Origin: Patescibacteria group bacterium
GTDB taxonomy: Bacteria > Patescibacteriota > Microgenomatia > Levybacterales > UBA12049
Assembly (NCBI GenBank): GCA_038063195.1
Contig: JBBTVO010000011.1
Location: 1-62,050 of the forward strand
Direction of reading: 5' to 3'
Length of the DNA stretch: 62,050 bases
Part shown: positions 61,103 to 62,050 of the stretch, piece after piece
How the letters are laid out: each line of letters opens with the position of its first letter
Numbering within the stretch: position 1 is the stretch's first letter
Program-made: the position numbers and the translations under genes
The notes under the pieces: model-generated
The model's input: the letters and a program-made list of their open reading frames with translations, nothing else
What the model was told of the DNA's origin: nothing
The model's database searches: none

Positions 61103-61378
61103 TTGATACAATACTTTTGTATGCAAACGACTATTTCACTTCCTAGAAATTTAGCACAAGAGGTAGAAAAGCAAGTTAAGAAAGGAAAGTTTAGGACACC
61201 TTCTGAGTTTGTCAACTCTGCCGTAAAAACTCTTCTTTCTTTTCAGAAAGGGGAGCTTACTTGGGAAACTCTCGCAAGCCCTTTCCGGTCTTATGCAAAG
61301 CAAAAAAAACTTACAGAGAAAGATCTTCTTCAAGCTGTAATGAAAGGCAGACGTGCAAAAACCTCCAAGAATAGTTAA
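61103..61378 (+). CDS. ribbon-helix-helix antitoxin
   Basis: TISLPRNLAQEVEKQVKKGKFRTPSEFVNSAVKTLL is RHH-like. The start may instead be the ATG at 61121. Confidence 0.65.
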   Translation: MIQYFCMQTTISLPRNLAQEVEKQVKKGKFRTPSEFVNSAVKTLLSFQKGELTWETLASPFRSYAKQKKLTEKDLLQAVMKGRRAKTSKNS

Positions 61379-61775
61379 CGATACGAACATTTGGTTATCC
61401 GCATTATATTTTTCAGGTAAACCTGCTCAAATAGTTCATCTGATTGAAGAGAAAAATTTGACATCTGTTACTTCGCATGCGATTCTGAATGAGCTGAGAG
61501 AGAAAATGATCATAAATTTTCAAACTCCGGCGTTTGCAGCAAATGGAACAGTTTCCTATATCCAGTCAATCTCAGAATTAATTCCTCTTCAGGGAATAGA
61601 TTTTGGATTGCGAGACACGGCCGATAATATGGTCTTAGAAACTGCAGTAGTAGGAAAATGCAGTTTTCTTATAACAGGTGATAAGGATTTACTAATACTT
61701 AAGAAATATAAAAACTTACAAGTGGCTACACCTTCTCAGTTTTTGAATCAATACAGGAGCCAAGAATTGATCTGA
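61353..61775 (+). CDS. PIN-domain toxin
   Basis: IVNDTNIWLSALYF...GKPAQIV and ...DNMVLETAVVGKCSFLITGDKDLL are typical of the PIN toxin family paired with small antitoxins. GTG start overlapping the antitoxin gene. Confidence 0.7.
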   Translation: MQKPPRIVNDTNIWLSALYFSGKPAQIVHLIEEKNLTSVTSHAILNELREKMIINFQTPAFAANGTVSYIQSISELIPLQGIDFGLRDTADNMVLETAVVGKCSFLITGDKDLLILKKYKNLQVATPSQFLNQYRSQELI

Positions 61776-61790
61776 TATAATTACCCTGAT
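61771..61790 (+). promoter_or_regulatory. promoter-like repeat TCTGATATAATTACCCTGAT, copy 4
   Basis: Overlaps the PIN gene stop. Precedes the partial membrane-protein ORF. Confidence 0.6.
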
Positions 61791-61826
61791 TTGATTAAAG
61801 AATTCGATCCAAAGTATACTTAGTTA

Positions 61827-62050
61827 ATGAAGTCATGGCATAGATTAAAATATAAAAACCTTACCCTACTCTTCTTCTCTATAATTCTCGCTGTTTTTCT
61901 CTCAAGACTTGAAGGTTTTCATACATTATTATTGAATTTGGGAAGCTTTGGATATATAGGAGCTTTTATTGCTGGCATATTGTTTGTATCTACTTTTACA
62001 GTCGCAACCGGAGCAGTAGTTCTTCTAGTTTTGGCGGAAAAATTATCACC
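61827..62050 (+). CDS. membrane protein, partial (runs off the window)
   Basis: MKSWHRLKYKNLTLLFFSIILAVFLSRLEG... Open to the end of the window, with two or more hydrophobic helices. Confidence 0.5.
   Translation, partial: MKSWHRLKYKNLTLLFFSIILAVFLSRLEGFHTLLLNLGSFGYIGAFIAGILFVSTFTVATGAVVLLVLAEKLS

Noticed and set aside
1-62050. Alternative genetic code (UGA recoding, as in some CPR-related lineages)
   Set aside because: Conserved genes give full-length products under the standard code and several end in TGA, for example the SpoIID-like gene at 6910-6912 and the LAGLIDADG gene at 15541-15543. There is no sign of in-frame TGA in conserved domains.

Overview
AT-rich, gene-dense bacterial chromosomal segment. 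By inference from gene content it resembles a Candidate Phyla Radiation (Patescibacteria) genome: short operons with overlapping genes, T4SS-pilin paralogues, a DUF4012 protein, LAGLIDADG and four-helix-bundle 'IVS' genes, and a short ValRS. Standard genetic code: long ORFs end in TGA, TAA and TAG. Housekeeping content: a sugar-phosphate operon (pfkB-family kinase, fba, rpiB, rpe), a SpoIID-like gene, smpB, ssrA (tmRNA), comF, six tRNAs (all four tRNA-Ser isoacceptors plus tRNA-Arg), the origin neighbourhood (dnaN-dnaA / rpmH-rnpA-yidD-yidC-jag), rnhA, valS, rplY and ruvC-ruvA-ruvB. Accessory content, in window order: (1) a roughly 4-kb array of promoter-gene-spacer modules between smpB and the 3' end of ssrA, holding two paralogous unknown genes, dinD, a GIY-YIG gene inserted into a junction repeat, and two further small ORFs; (2) a LAGLIDADG gene between two tRNA-Ser genes; (3) a roughly 9-kb segment bracketed by two near-identical tRNA-Ser genes, carrying a large serine recombinase, a PI-synthase-like/PimA-like lipid glycosylation pair, and a three-gene candidate conflict module (autoinhibited Fic fused to MerR HTH, AEP primase-polymerase fused to SF2 helicase, 190-aa unknown); (4) a VapBC module plus tRNA-Ser bracketed by inverted CTAG-rich repeats; (5) a roughly 15-kb type-IV-secretion-like locus abutting dnaN, with no relaxase or coupling protein in the window, containing a VirB6-like protein, a 993-aa tail-anchored orphan, a P-loop/OmpR-wHTH regulator, four VirB2-like pilin paralogues, PrgI-like, VirB4-like and cell-wall hydrolase genes, and interrupted by two repeat-bounded four-helix-bundle gene cassettes; (6) a second cassette-like region at the 3' end, punctuated by a repeated promoter-like 20-mer. 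Several short dispersed DNA motifs sit in-frame inside conserved genes. All functional calls rest on motifs read by eye; no database search was possible.
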